Positions 46,096 through 56,994 of a stretch of 64,000 nt of DNA are shown piece after piece (position 1 is the first letter of the stretch; every line of letters begins with the position of its first letter). The stretch is from Candidatus Latescibacterota bacterium (lineage in GTDB: Bacteria > Latescibacterota > UBA2968 > UBA8231). The position numbers and the translations under genes are program-made. The stretch covers positions 1,728,001 to 1,792,000 of the forward strand of contig CBDCDC010000002.1 of assembly GCA_965215195.1 (NCBI GenBank), read 5' to 3'. A model generated the notes under the pieces. That model was not told the origin of the DNA and ran no database searches. It saw only the letters and a program-made list of their open reading frames with translations.

Positions 46096-46980
46096 ACCAA
46101 TGGTGCTAGTGAGTTGACCGTGGTCAAGGTAGTTCCTACGCTGAGGGTATCCCCCCTTTCAGCGAAGGAGCGTCCCATGACCACGGCCGAGTTTATAATA
46201 GCCCTGTTCTGTCGAATCGACCACCAGATGGGCGATGTGCCCAAACACCCCCAAGCCGCCTTATATCCCAGCGAAACGGTGACCTTGGCGGTTCTGTATG
46301 CGCTCAAAGGGGGCGGCAAACGGGCGTTTTATCGCTGGGTAGCGCGCGATTGGCGCGCCTTTTTTCCGCGCCTGCCCGAGCGCACCCGCTTGTTCCGCCT
46401 GTTTGCCGCCCATGCGGACTGGACCGATCGCTTTCGAGCGGACCCCACCCCTTTAGGCGTGATCGATAGCTATGGCATCGAGTTGATCCATCCAGTACGC
46501 GAAGGCCGCTCCGCTCACCCTATCGGCCGGAAAGGGCGGTCCAATCACCGCTGGATCGTCGGCGGCAAGCTGGGCTTGATCGTCAACCAATGGGGCTTGA
46601 TCGTCGATTGGGATTGTAATACCGCCAATGTCCACGATACGGTCTTTCACCCGATGATTGGCCGCTACGAAGAGCAGATGATCCTCCTCAGCGACCAAGG
46701 CTTTCATGCCAAAGCCGGTGATCCGGCCAATCTGAAAGTGTGTCCCCGCAAAACGTGGGGCGAGCGTATGGTCATCGAGACCGTCTTTTCCATGCTGACC
46801 CGCATCGGGCACTTCAAGCGACAGACCCATCGAGCCTGGGCCTACTTTAGAGCGCATCTGAGCTTTGCCATGGCCACCTTCAACCTGCTGGTTCAGTGGC
46901 ACGGGTTGCAACCCGATGAAAATGGATTCGTCCGCTTGTCCATCGCGGAATTTAGCTTGTAGCCCACTAGCACCATTGGT
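46096..46980 (+). mobile_element. IS982-family insertion sequence
   Basis: 16-bp TIR accaatggtgctagtg (starts with AC); 5-bp TSD tagta. Confidence 0.85.
46177..46962 (+). CDS. IS982-family DDE transposase
   Basis: IDS, GGKL, ANVHD, SDQGF, RMVIETVFS. Confidence 0.85.
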   Translation: MTTAEFIIALFCRIDHQMGDVPKHPQAALYPSETVTLAVLYALKGGGKRAFYRWVARDWRAFFPRLPERTRLFRLFAAHADWTDRFRADPTPLGVIDSYGIELIHPVREGRSAHPIGRKGRSNHRWIVGGKLGLIVNQWGLIVDWDCNTANVHDTVFHPMIGRYEEQMILLSDQGFHAKAGDPANLKVCPRKTWGERMVIETVFSMLTRIGHFKRQTHRAWAYFRAHLSFAMATFNLLVQWHGLQPDENGFVRLSIAEFSL

Positions 46981-46990
46981 TAGTAGTCAT

Positions 46991-47114
46991 CTAACTACAC
47001 GACACCAATACCTTGTCGTTGATGAGCGATGAGTCCGGGATCGAGGGCGTCCCGCCCTCGACGAGGGCAAGATGCCCTCGATCCGAGGGTAAGGCCCTAC
47101 GGTCGTGTACTTAG
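46991..47114. mobile_element. MITE B (124 bp), near-identical to A
   Basis: Same TIRs and core; TSD imperfect next to the IS. Confidence 0.8.
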
Positions 47115-47250
47115 GTAGGTCATTTAGGTTGGGGGACCAACCCTCGGCATAGTGCCAACGGGGTTCCGTCTAGCACCGTCCCGAGCCACCTACCGGCATC
47201 TCAGTGTTCGCAACGCCATTAACGGCTACCTATTCACCGAGGAATTCACC

Positions 47251-49245
47251 TTGCCATCACCGCCAGCCCTGCCCGAAAATTACGACGCCGCGGCACACAT
47301 GGTCTCCCATCAGGTGCGCGGGCGCATCTTTCACGCCACCGTACCCTCGGCTCAACTAGCCTCTGAACTGATGGCCAGCGGCGCACCCGCCGCCATTGCC
47401 GAAGCCGCCGCCATCTTTCGCGCGGTGCTCGCCTGCCAAGAAGTGCGGGACACCCAACCGCACCGCGGCAATTTTCGCTGGGAACTCGAAGACAAAGTCG
47501 TCGAAGATCTCAATGCCGTGCAGTTCGTGCTCTTTTACTGCATTCCCGTGCTGTGCAAAGCATCAGACGCCCTGCCCTCGGACTTGGTCGCGGCTATGCG
47601 CCGCGCCATCGCGCTGGGCCTAGAGGAAATCGCACGCATCGACGTGGCCCCGGCCTATACCAACATCGTCCTCAAGGACATTGCCAACTCCTGCCTCGGC
47701 GGCCAGTTGTTGGGCGATGATACCATCGGTCGGCGCGGCCGGGAAAAACTGGTGCGCTGGATGGCGCACGTGGACACCTACGGCCTGCCCGCCGAGTACA
47801 ATAGCCCCAACTACGCCTCTGTCGCCGTGCGCGTACTGGGCCGCTTGGCCGAATTGACAGAGGACCAACACACCCGCATCCGCGCCCGCACCATGCTCGC
47901 TCGCCTCGGCCTTTCCGCCGCGTTACGCGTACACCCCGGCATGGGTTGCTGGGCCGGCCCCTTCAGCCGCGCCTATAGCCATGCCGTCTTTAACGCCAAC
48001 GCCTTTAACGCCAAGGACGTGCGCACGTGGTTAGAGGATGGGCAGGTCCCCGCTTGGATCGGCGACCTGCTACAGCGCCCCAACGTGCCACAGCAAATAG
48101 ACGAAACGGCCCACGGCGAAGAGCCCGTAGCGCTGAGCACCTATCACAGTCCCTCATTCTGTCTGGGCGTGGCCTCCTGCGAACTCAAGACCCAAGAAAT
48201 TATCTTTATCGCCCTGCAGTCCAGCGTATTTTACGCGCAGTACCGGCGCCCGCATGGCGCGCGCTGCGGTGCGCTCTTTTCGCGTTATATACTCGACGAC
48301 CAGTGGCTCAGCTTCGAGACGACGCCGTCGCGCGGGCCCGGACAGGTCGTTCCCGAAGAGGGCCACTTCTACGGCGTACACGAGCGGGGTCGCGCCATCG
48401 GCCTCTATGCCCCGCGCGGCTTGGACGCTTGGACGCGGCGCACCAGTGCCAAAGCCGTGCTCGTGTGGACCGAGATCGAGCAGGTCGACGAGATCTGGAT
48501 CGGCCAGCATAAAGTAGATTCTCTGCCGGCGGCAGTGCCCCGGGGCAAGGTGGTCGTCGTCGGCAGCGGGGCCCTGTGGACGGCCGTCCAGCCGCTCGAA
48601 CGGACCGATCTGGGCGGCGGGGGCCCCATCCGCCTAGTCGAACTAGACGGTCATTTGGCCTTGGAGATGTACAACTATACGGGACCGGCCAAGACGTTCT
48701 GGGAACTGGCCCAACCCGGCTCCTTTTACCAGGGCCAGCCCCGCTGCGGTTTTTACGCCGAACTGGCCGAGCGCAGCGACTACGCCAGCGGTGCCAATTT
48801 TGCCGCCCAAGTAGCCAGCGGCGCGCTCGTCGACGAGGCGACCCCGCCCGCCACCTATACCGCGGGTGGCGAGCGCACACTCCGCGTGGAGTACGCGCGC
48901 GACGCCCGCATACTCGGCATCGAAGTCGATCTGTATGAGTGGTCGCTAAAGCGGCGTTGGACCCAAGACGGCCCCCTAAACTGGCCCATGCACGAGTCGC
49001 CCTACGCCCGACAGAGCGCCTCCGGACATATCTCCATCGGCGATGCCACGCTCACCTGCGACAAAGGCCCGATATGGCTCTGCGCCTGCCCGGGGGGCAA
49101 AAGGTATGTTGCCGCCTACAGCGGAATCGGGATGACCTCGTTGAGGTTGGAGGTGCCCGGCGATGCAGTTGAGCTAGCTGAAATGGGCGCGGGCACGGTG
49201 ATTTGGGACGAAGGCCAAGTGAAAATAGAAGCCATATTGCCCTGA
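47251..49245 (+). CDS. Hypothetical protein (possibly heparinase/lyase-like fold)
   Basis: Long ORF with host-like codon usage; YTNI, EYNSPNY, GPFSRAY; start uncertain. Confidence 0.7.
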   Translation: MPSPPALPENYDAAAHMVSHQVRGRIFHATVPSAQLASELMASGAPAAIAEAAAIFRAVLACQEVRDTQPHRGNFRWELEDKVVEDLNAVQFVLFYCIPVLCKASDALPSDLVAAMRRAIALGLEEIARIDVAPAYTNIVLKDIANSCLGGQLLGDDTIGRRGREKLVRWMAHVDTYGLPAEYNSPNYASVAVRVLGRLAELTEDQHTRIRARTMLARLGLSAALRVHPGMGCWAGPFSRAYSHAVFNANAFNAKDVRTWLEDGQVPAWIGDLLQRPNVPQQIDETAHGEEPVALSTYHSPSFCLGVASCELKTQEIIFIALQSSVFYAQYRRPHGARCGALFSRYILDDQWLSFETTPSRGPGQVVPEEGHFYGVHERGRAIGLYAPRGLDAWTRRTSAKAVLVWTEIEQVDEIWIGQHKVDSLPAAVPRGKVVVVGSGALWTAVQPLERTDLGGGGPIRLVELDGHLALEMYNYTGPAKTFWELAQPGSFYQGQPRCGFYAELAERSDYASGANFAAQVASGALVDEATPPATYTAGGERTLRVEYARDARILGIEVDLYEWSLKRRWTQDGPLNWPMHESPYARQSASGHISIGDATLTCDKGPIWLCACPGGKRYVAAYSGIGMTSLRLEVPGDAVELAEMGAGTVIWDEGQVKIEAILP

Positions 49246-49319
49246 TTCGGCTAGCGAACGGATCGCAGCAATTTCCGCATCAAGCCGACCCTGCGCGCTG
49301 GAAAGTCAAAGGTCTTGAC

Positions 49320-49471
49320 CTTAGTACACGCCATCTAAAGTAGGCACCCCTTACTTTGAGTACGCCTTTTCTGCTGTTTCCGCTGGATGCGGGATCGAGG
49401 GCGTCCCGCCCTCGACGAGGGCAAGATGCCCTCGATCCTTGGCAGACTGAGGGCTGGTGGCGTGTAGTAAG
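49320..49471. mobile_element. MITE C (152 bp) with REP-like core
   Basis: TIR cttagtacacgcca/tggcgtgtagtaag; TSD ggtcttgac. Confidence 0.82.
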
Positions 49472-49572
49472 GGTCTTGACTTTCGTTTGGCGACAGCGGA
49501 CGCGGGCAATAATAGCCCAAAGAAGTGCCTCTGCTGCGGTGCGAATGCGGCGGTTTTGCAAAAACGGCGTCT

Positions 49573-50823
49573 TCAGTGGAAGAGCAGCCGGAGGTAGAAC
49601 AGCGGGCTGGTCAACACCTTGCGCGGCACGGCGTTGGCCATCATGCCGCAGATCAGGTCGCTGACCTCGGCATCTTGGGCGGCCTTGCGAATGACCAAGT
49701 TCATTAGGTAGGGCCAACGGCCCAAATTGTGCAGCTTGGTGCTCATCTTCAGCTCGCTGCCCAGCGCATCCCACAGCCGATCCTCATAGCGGCGCAAAAA
49801 GCCGGCCGAATAATCCTCGGCCTCCCGGGCTCGAGCTGCGGTCTCTGCGGCAAAGCGCGCCGAGTACAGGGCATTGCCAATGCCCTCGCCCGTGAACGGG
49901 TCGATCAGACCGGCCGCGTCGCCCAAGAGCAGAAAGCCGTGGCCGTGCGCCGGTCGCCGGCGCGAGCCAACCGGCAGATTCCAGCCGACCGGGGCTTCGA
50001 GGGGACGGGCGTTGCGGAAGCGCGCGCCAAAGGTCGTGCTCGCCACCGCGGCTGCGAGGGCTTCCTTGAGGTCAATACCGCGCATTTTTATGTCTTGGTG
50101 ATCCATGCCGATGCCCACATTGGCGCGGCTTCCCTCTAGGGGAAAGATCCAAAAATATCCGGGCCGCACCTCGTCTATGAAGTGCAATTCGATCTGATCG
50201 CTCAGGCCCGCCACGCCCTCGAAGTACTGCCGCAGGGCCACCATCCAAGCGCGGCTCTCGTGGCGGTACAACCCGCTCTTGCGGGCCACGATCGAGCTGA
50301 AGCCATCGCACCCCAACACCAAGGGCGCGCGAAATTCCAAGCGCGTACCGTCGGCGGCACACCCCTGCACCCCGCAGACCTGTTCGCCCTCTCGAAGGAG
50401 CTCGCGCACGGCAAAACCCTCTACGGTGTGAGCGGCTGCGGCCCGCGCCTTGGCAAAGAGAAAGTCGTCAAAGACCTCGCGGCGGATGACCAAGCCCTCC
50501 ATCGGCAGCACCCGGCCGGTCAGGGCGTTGTGCAGGTCGTAGCGACTCAAGTCGATGGACGCGGCGGTCGCGTCTGAACTGCCTAAGACAATGCGGGCAA
50601 TGGCCGCCCCGGGCAGCTTGCACACCTCCGCAAAAAGCCCTAGCTCGTGGAGGATGGCCACTGTCTTGCCGGAGAGGGCGTCGCCGCAGATCTTGTCGCG
50701 GGGGAAGCACTGCTTGTCCAGCAGCAGGGCCGCCAGCCCGTAGCGCTGCGCATACAGCGCGGCTGTGGCACCGGCCGGACCGCCGCCGACGATGATTAGG
50801 TCGTAGGTTTGCACGTGGCCCAC
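49573..50823 (-). CDS. Geranylgeranyl reductase family flavoprotein
   Basis: GGGPAG, FPRDKICGD, GYFWIFP, GDAAG..PFTGEGI. Confidence 0.9.
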   Translation of the reverse strand: MGHVQTYDLIIVGGGPAGATAALYAQRYGLAALLLDKQCFPRDKICGDALSGKTVAILHELGLFAEVCKLPGAAIARIVLGSSDATAASIDLSRYDLHNALTGRVLPMEGLVIRREVFDDFLFAKARAAAAHTVEGFAVRELLREGEQVCGVQGCAADGTRLEFRAPLVLGCDGFSSIVARKSGLYRHESRAWMVALRQYFEGVAGLSDQIELHFIDEVRPGYFWIFPLEGSRANVGIGMDHQDIKMRGIDLKEALAAAVASTTFGARFRNARPLEAPVGWNLPVGSRRRPAHGHGFLLLGDAAGLIDPFTGEGIGNALYSARFAAETAARAREAEDYSAGFLRRYEDRLWDALGSELKMSTKLHNLGRWPYLMNLVIRKAAQDAEVSDLICGMMANAVPRKVLTSPLFYLRLLFH

Positions 50824-50917
50824 AAAATAGCCCGTCTATCCCTCGCTACAAGGGCGCGAGCCGAACTTGCTTTGCAGGTGATCTTCCTTACCTTTTTGGC
50901 CACGCTTTGTAACCGGC

Positions 50918-51161
50918 ATGGAAATTCACAGTAAAAAAAAAAACACTACAATTTGCGATTTGTCTCAATAACGAGGGTTATGAGGCTTCGCTCGAAGTCG
51001 GAAAAGTGTATCGCGTACTGCCCGATCAGAAGGCCGCTACGCATGGGTACATCCGCATGGTGGATGAAAGTGGCGAAGATTACGCATTTGCTGCCAAGCG
51101 CTTTTACAAGGTCGAATTTCCTCCCCCGGTTGAAGCAACGCTCGATGCTGCGCTGCACTAA
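50918..51161 (+). pseudogene. Small conserved protein (DESGEDY motif) frameshifted at an A11 tract
   Basis: With A10 it reads MEIHSKKKTLQFAICLNNEGYEASLEVGKVYRVLPD..VDESGEDYAF. Confidence 0.6.
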
Positions 51162-51193
51162 GTCATACATGCGATACGAGGAGTTGTAACAAG

Positions 51194-53092
51194 ATGTCCG
51201 AAGACATTCAAACCGAAAATCCACAGGTCGAAAAACGGGCCTTTCAAACCGAGGTCCAACAGCTACTACACCTGCTGGTCCACTCGCTGTACACGCAAAA
51301 AGAAATTTTCTTGCGCGAGCTGATTTCCAACGCCTCGGACGCGCTGGACAAAATTCACCACCGCTCCCTGACCGACCGCAATATCCGCGACCCAGACGCC
51401 GAATTAGACGTTGAGATCGAGGTGTCGAGCAGCAACAAGACCCTGACCATCCGCGACCGGGGCATCGGCATGACCCGCGACGAGGTCCGCGAGAACATCG
51501 GCACTATTGCCCGCTCCGGCTCGGCCGAGTTTGCCCAACAGCTAGCCGCTGCCGACGACGAGCAAGAAAAGCTCAAGCTGATCGGCCAATTCGGGGTGGG
51601 CTTCTACTCGGTCTTTATGGTGGCCGACCGAGTGGTGCTCACCACGCGCTCGGCCGACCCAGACGCCGACGGGGTGCTGTGGGAATCCACCGGCGACGGG
51701 GCCTATACTCTATCCCACGCCGACAAGGCCGACCGCGGCACCGAGATCAAGCTCTACATCCGCTCGGACTGCGAGGAATTTCTCAACGCCCACCGGCTAG
51801 AGGCCATCATCCGCAAGCACTCGGATTTTGTCGCCTACCCCATCAAGGTCGCTGGCAAACAGGTCAACGACACGGCCGCGCTGTGGACCCGGCCGCGCAA
51901 CGAAATTACCCCCGAGCAATACCACGAGTTTTACACGCACCTGACTGGCGACCCAGACGAGCCGCTCGCGCACGAGCACATCGTCGTGGATGTGCCGATC
52001 CAATTCTACGCCGTGCTCTACATCCCCAAGCGCACACCGGCCCAATGGCTGCATGCGGAGCCGACGATCTCGCTCAACCTGCACGTTGCGCGAGTCTTTA
52101 TCCAAGACGACTGCAAGGAGCTTTTGCCGCTGTGGCTGCGCTTTGTGCGCGGCGTGGTCGACTGCGACGACTTGCCGCTCAACGTCTCGCGCGAAACCCT
52201 CCAGCAAAATCCCATCATCGCCAAAATCCGCGCCACCTTGGTGCGGCGCATCATGGGCATGTTAGAGGGCATGGCGAAAAAGGACGAGGACCAGTACATG
52301 GCCTTTTGGCATGCCTGCGGCACCATCCTCAAAGAGGGCGTGGGCACGGATGCCGCGCACCAAGCCCAGCTCGCCAAGCTCCTGCGCTACCGCTCCTCGC
52401 TGGCCGACGACGACACCCCCTACATTTCGCTGCAGAACTACGTCGATCGGATGCAGAGCGAGCAGGACAAGATCTACTACCTCGCCGGCGAGAGCAAAGA
52501 GGCCATCGCCCAAAGCCCCCTGTTGGAGGCCTTCCGCAAGCGCGGCCTAGAGGTGCTCTACCTCGACGAGCCGGTCGATGAATGGGTCGTCCAAGGGCTG
52601 CAAAAGTTCGCCGACAAAGAGTTCGCTGGCGTGGATGCGGCCGAACTGAACCTGGGCGAGGACGCAGTCGAGTTGGAGGGGGTCGATGAACAGAAGGCCG
52701 AGACCATTGAGCTGATCGCCTTCCTCGAGAACAAGCTCGCCGGCCGGGTCGCAGACGTGGTTGAGTCCAAGCGGCTGAGCGACAGCCCTTGCCTGCTGGT
52801 CGCCAGCCAAGGCGGCTTGAGCCGCAACATGGAGCGGCTGCTGAAAATGACCGACCACGAGTTCAAGGGCTCGCTGCGTACGCTAGAAATCAATCGCCAA
52901 CACCCCATCATCCGCAACATGGCCGCCGTGCTCAAGCGCGATCGCGACTCCGAGCAATTGGAGCGCTGGGCGCATTTTCTAATTGATTTCGTATTGTTAG
53001 GCGAGGGCACGGTCGAGGATCCGCAGCGGCTGAGCCAGACCTTGCAGTCCATCATGGGTGCGGCCACCGCACGCGCCGCCGAGGAGAGTTAG
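51194..53092 (+). CDS. htpG: Chaperone HtpG (Hsp90)
   Basis: FLRELISNASDA, IGQFGVGFYS, LPLNVSRE. Confidence 0.97.
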   Translation: MSEDIQTENPQVEKRAFQTEVQQLLHLLVHSLYTQKEIFLRELISNASDALDKIHHRSLTDRNIRDPDAELDVEIEVSSSNKTLTIRDRGIGMTRDEVRENIGTIARSGSAEFAQQLAAADDEQEKLKLIGQFGVGFYSVFMVADRVVLTTRSADPDADGVLWESTGDGAYTLSHADKADRGTEIKLYIRSDCEEFLNAHRLEAIIRKHSDFVAYPIKVAGKQVNDTAALWTRPRNEITPEQYHEFYTHLTGDPDEPLAHEHIVVDVPIQFYAVLYIPKRTPAQWLHAEPTISLNLHVARVFIQDDCKELLPLWLRFVRGVVDCDDLPLNVSRETLQQNPIIAKIRATLVRRIMGMLEGMAKKDEDQYMAFWHACGTILKEGVGTDAAHQAQLAKLLRYRSSLADDDTPYISLQNYVDRMQSEQDKIYYLAGESKEAIAQSPLLEAFRKRGLEVLYLDEPVDEWVVQGLQKFADKEFAGVDAAELNLGEDAVELEGVDEQKAETIELIAFLENKLAGRVADVVESKRLSDSPCLLVASQGGLSRNMERLLKMTDHEFKGSLRTLEINRQHPIIRNMAAVLKRDRDSEQLERWAHFLIDFVLLGEGTVEDPQRLSQTLQSIMGAATARAAEES

Positions 53093-53094
53093 AC

Positions 53095-54405
53095 ATGTCC
53101 GATCAAGTGCGCCAACAAGCCCTAGCGGCCCGTGCAGCGTCGCGCACCCTCGCCGCGACGTCCGCGGAAGTCCGCAACCAAGCCCTCGAAGCTATTGCTG
53201 CGGCCCTCGAAGCAAATCGCACGCGCATCTTGGCCGCCAACGCCGAGGATCTAAAAGCCGCTGAGCAAGATGGGCTGGCCTCGCCCCTACTCAAGCGGCT
53301 CGACCTGAGCCACAAATTCGCCAGCACAGTGGCCATGGTGCGCGGGGTCTGCGCCCAGCCCGATCCCCTCGGCCAGACCCAGCGCGCGACCGAGCTAGAC
53401 GACCGGCTCCACCTCTACCGCGTGACCGTGCCCATCGGCGTGATCGGCGTGATCTTTGAATCCCGGCCCGACGCCTTGGTGCAGATCGCCTCCCTGTGCC
53501 TCAAGTCCGGCAATGCCGCCCTGCTCAAGGGGGGGCGCGAGGCCACCGCGACCAATCGGACCCTCGCCGAAGTAATGTGCCAAGCCACGCATGGCATCCT
53601 GCCAGCGGGGTGGATGGCGCTCTTGTCCGGCCGCGAGGAAGTCCGCGCCCTGCTCGGCGAGGAGGACCTCATCGACCTAATCATCCCGCGCGGCAGCAAC
53701 GAGTTTGTGCAATACATCATGCACAACACCAAGATCCCGGTCATGGGCCACGCCGACGGGGTATGCCACGTGTACGTCGATGCCAGCGCAGACCTAGACA
53801 AGGCCGTGCAGATCGCCGTTGATGCCAAGACCCAGTACGTGGCCGTGTGCAACGCGGCCGAGACCCTGCTCGTCCACAGCCGCATTGCCGCGGCCTTTTT
53901 GCAGCGGGCCGTGCCGGCGCTGCTGGCGAGGAACGTAGAGCTGCGCGGCGACGCCCGCGCCCGCGCCCTCGCCAACGCCAACGGGCAAGTCAAACCAGCC
54001 GCCGAAACCGACTGGTCCACCGAATACTTGGACTTGATGCTGGCGGTAAAAGTCGTCGATAGCACGGCCGAAGCCATCGAACACATCAACGCGTACGGCA
54101 GCCATCACACCGACGCGATCGTGGCCGAAGACCCGGCGACTGCGCACACCTTTTTACGCGAGGTGGATTCGGCCTCGGTGATTCACAATGCTTCGACGCG
54201 CTTTGCCGATGGCTTCAAATACGGGCTAGGGGCCGAGGTCGGCATTAGCACCAACCGCCTGCACAGCCGCGGCCCGGTGGGCCTAGAGGGCCTCGTCATC
54301 TACAAGTACATTCTCCAAGGGGACGGCCACACCGTCGATATGTACGACGGCCAGCAGCAGCGCCCCTTTACCCATCGCCCCCTCAACCAGCACTGGCAGG
54401 CCTGA
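53095..54405 (+). CDS. proA: Gamma-glutamyl phosphate reductase
   Basis: [31 protein letters not shown]. Confidence 0.96.
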   Translation: MSDQVRQQALAARAASRTLAATSAEVRNQALEAIAAALEANRTRILAANAEDLKAAEQDGLASPLLKRLDLSHKFASTVAMVRGVCAQPDPLGQTQRATELDDRLHLYRVTVPIGVIGVIFESRPDALVQIASLCLKSGNAALLKGGREATATNRTLAEVMCQATHGILPAGWMALLSGREEVRALLGEEDLIDLIIPRGSNEFVQYIMHNTKIPVMGHADGVCHVYVDASADLDKAVQIAVDAKTQYVAVCNAAETLLVHSRIAAAFLQRAVPALLARNVELRGDARARALANANGQVKPAAETDWSTEYLDLMLAVKVVDSTAEAIEHINAYGSHHTDAIVAEDPATAHTFLREVDSASVIHNASTRFADGFKYGLGAEVGISTNRLHSRGPVGLEGLVIYKYILQGDGHTVDMYDGQQQRPFTHRPLNQHWQA

Positions 54406-54406
54406 C

Positions 54407-54751
54407 ATGAGCGAGCACACCTACACTCCTGTGGAGCGCCACATCTTTCTCTGCGCCACCCCCACCAAGCCCAAGTGCCACAGCGACAGCACCGGGGCCG
54501 AGTGCTGGGAGTACCTGAAAAAGCGGCTGTCCGAACTGGGCTACGGCCATCCGGGCCGCGGCGGCGTCCACCGCACCAAGGCCGACTGCCTGCGCGTCTG
54601 CGAGTCCGGGCCGACGGTCGTGGTGTATCCCGAAGGCGTCTGGTATCACTCCATGACCGTCGAAAAGCTAGAGCGCATCATCCAGGAGCACTTGATCGGC
54701 GGGCAGGTGGTAGAAGATCTGGTCAACCGCGATCCATTCCGCAGCCTATAG
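54407..54751 (+). CDS. Thioredoxin-like (2Fe-2S) ferredoxin
   Basis: [27 protein letters not shown]. Confidence 0.9.
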   Translation: MSEHTYTPVERHIFLCATPTKPKCHSDSTGAECWEYLKKRLSELGYGHPGRGGVHRTKADCLRVCESGPTVVVYPEGVWYHSMTVEKLERIIQEHLIGGQVVEDLVNRDPFRSL

Positions 54752-54784
54752 TCGCACAAGGGCCGCAGCCGGCCACAAAAGCGC

Positions 54785-55969
54785 ATGGCGAGCAAATCCA
54801 AATCCAAACACATCGACCTAGAAATCAAGGACGCCAGCCTGATCTTCGCCCGCGTCTGGAGCGACCTAGAGGAAGAGTTTGGCCGCGCCAAGCTCTGCTT
54901 CCCCGGGGAAATTATCTGGCTCGGCGGCGCGCCCGGTGCTGGCAAGGGCACCAATACCCCCTTCATCCTCGAGGCGCGGGGCATTACGGCCGCAGCCGTG
55001 GTAGTCAGCGACTTGCTCGACAGCCCCCGCGCCCAACAGATCAAGACGGGCGGCGGCTTGGTCGGCGACGAGGAGGTTATCTACCTGCTCTTGCACAAGC
55101 TGCTCGATCCAATATACGAGCGCGGCGTGATCGTCGATGGCTTCCCGCGCACCCAAGTGCAGGTCGAATGCCTCAAGCTGTTCTACGACAAGATGACCGA
55201 ATTGCGCGAGGAATTTCGCAATCACAACTTCCCGCGCCCCCTCTTCCGCACGGTGTTGCTCTTCGTCGATGAAGAGGTCAGCGTTGAGCGCCAGCTCCAC
55301 CGCGGCCGGGTGGCCCAAGAGCACAATCGCAAGGCCGCGGAGTCAGGCGTCGGCCAACTCGCCGAGATCCGCGCCACCGATCTCGAGCCAGCGGCCGCGC
55401 GCAAGCGCTACCAAGTTTTCAAGGAGACGACCTTTGAGGCCCTGCGCTCGCTGCGCGCCATTTTTCACTTTCGCTTCATCGACGCCAGCCAGCCGCTCGC
55501 CAAGGTGCAACAGGAGATTGAGGAGGAGTTTTCCTACCAGAGTTCGCTGGAGCTTTCGCACAACACCTTCGACCGCGTCCGCACCATCACGCCGGCCAGC
55601 CGCCTCGTGCTCTACGCCCGCCAAGATCTAGTCAAGCGGCTGGAGATCTACAACGAGGATCATCCCGAGCTGTTCCAGCGGGTCATCGACAAAGTCAACT
55701 CCAAGTTCATGCCCATTGTCACCCGCTATGCCATTACCGGCATGACGCTCGTCAACTCCGAGGACGCGCTCTTTGACGCTCCTCTGGCCTTGGCCATGCT
55801 GATCGACATCTTTTCCGAGCGCGGCTATCAGGCTCTCGTCGATGTCAACCACGTCGAGGTCCCCCACCGCATCGACCCCCACACGCACGAAATTATCTGC
55901 CAGCAAAAGCGCGTCTATCGCTTTCAGATTCGCTTTGCGGCCTCGGCCATCCGGCGCGGGAGCGACTAG
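54785..55969 (+). CDS. Adenylate kinase-like protein, long form
   Basis: GGAPGAGKGT, VDGFPRT, C-terminal extension. Confidence 0.8.
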   Translation: MASKSKSKHIDLEIKDASLIFARVWSDLEEEFGRAKLCFPGEIIWLGGAPGAGKGTNTPFILEARGITAAAVVVSDLLDSPRAQQIKTGGGLVGDEEVIYLLLHKLLDPIYERGVIVDGFPRTQVQVECLKLFYDKMTELREEFRNHNFPRPLFRTVLLFVDEEVSVERQLHRGRVAQEHNRKAAESGVGQLAEIRATDLEPAAARKRYQVFKETTFEALRSLRAIFHFRFIDASQPLAKVQQEIEEEFSYQSSLELSHNTFDRVRTITPASRLVLYARQDLVKRLEIYNEDHPELFQRVIDKVNSKFMPIVTRYAITGMTLVNSEDALFDAPLALAMLIDIFSERGYQALVDVNHVEVPHRIDPHTHEIICQQKRVYRFQIRFAASAIRRGSD

Positions 55970-56994
55970 CCCGGCCCGATCTGCCCCTCTTCGAGCATGG
56001 TAATCAGGGCCGAATCCTCCACGTCGAGGGGAAGCAACACCCGCCCACGGCCGCGACTCGACTCATAGGTGGCGAAAATCAGTTCGGTCGCTTGCAGGGC
56101 CTTGCGCCCAGACAGCCGCGGCTCCGCACCGCTGGCGAGACAGGCGATCAAATCAAGCACCGACAGCACGGTATCGCCGCCCGGCGGGACCACGTCGGCG
56201 ATCTCGGCAGCCGCAAAGTCCTGCCACCCGGCGCCCGCACGCAACAGCCGCAGGGGTGCGCGGGCCGCGCCGCCGACTTCGATGATGCCCTCGCTGCCGA
56301 CGAGGCGGGTGCGCGGGCCGTGGCCTTGGCCGTGGGCGGCACCCGTGACGAGCAGGCCCTCAACGCCGTTTTGCCAGCGGATCCACGACAGGCCGCTGGT
56401 CTCTAAGGGCACGCCAAAAACGGCCCTCTCGGATTCGACGGCGATCTGGCCCATGACCCATTCGGCCGGCACTTCGTCGTTGTAAAAGAAGAACATGTCA
56501 AACCAGTGCGTACCCCAATCAAACAAGTTGGCGCACGCGCCTTCGAGCCGCTGAAGCGCACCTATGGCCCCTTCGTCGAGCAACTGTTTGGCCTTGACAA
56601 ACGGGGCACCAAAGCGGCGCTGGTGGCAAAAGGTGAGGAGTACGCCGCGGTCCGCGCAGGCCCGGTACAGGGCCTTGGCGTCGCCCCACGTACTGGCCAT
56701 GGGCTTTTCGCAGTGGATGGCTTTGACGCCAGCCGCGGCCGCGGCTTCGACCATTTCGCGATGCTGGCCGGTCCACGTGCAGACGCTCACCACATCGAGG
56801 GCTTCGCGCGCTAGCATGGCGCGGTAATTTTCGTACGGGGCCGCCACGGCAAAGTCCTCGGCAAAAGATGCGCGGGCCGCTGCCACCGGGTCGGCACAGG
56901 CTGCGATGGCGACTTGGGCGGCGGCTTGGTAGCCTTCGGCGTGGGCGCGGCCACGCTTGCCGCAGCCGATCACCCCGGCTTTGTACTGAGTCAT
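55966..56994 (-). CDS. Gfo/Idh/MocA oxidoreductase
   Basis: GVIGCG, CEKPM, HQRRF, DWGTH. Confidence 0.9.
   Translation of the reverse strand: MTQYKAGVIGCGKRGRAHAEGYQAAAQVAIAACADPVAAARASFAEDFAVAAPYENYRAMLAREALDVVSVCTWTGQHREMVEAAAAAGVKAIHCEKPMASTWGDAKALYRACADRGVLLTFCHQRRFGAPFVKAKQLLDEGAIGALQRLEGACANLFDWGTHWFDMFFFYNDEVPAEWVMGQIAVESERAVFGVPLETSGLSWIRWQNGVEGLLVTGAAHGQGHGPRTRLVGSEGIIEVGGAARAPLRLLRAGAGWQDFAAAEIADVVPPGGDTVLSVLDLIACLASGAEPRLSGRKALQATELIFATYESSRGRGRVLLPLDVEDSALITMLEEGQIGPG

Noticed and set aside
50946-51224. ORF-track calls 50946..51224(-) and 50953..51189(+)
   Set aside because: No recognisable motifs; the frameshifted DESGEDY frame explains the region better
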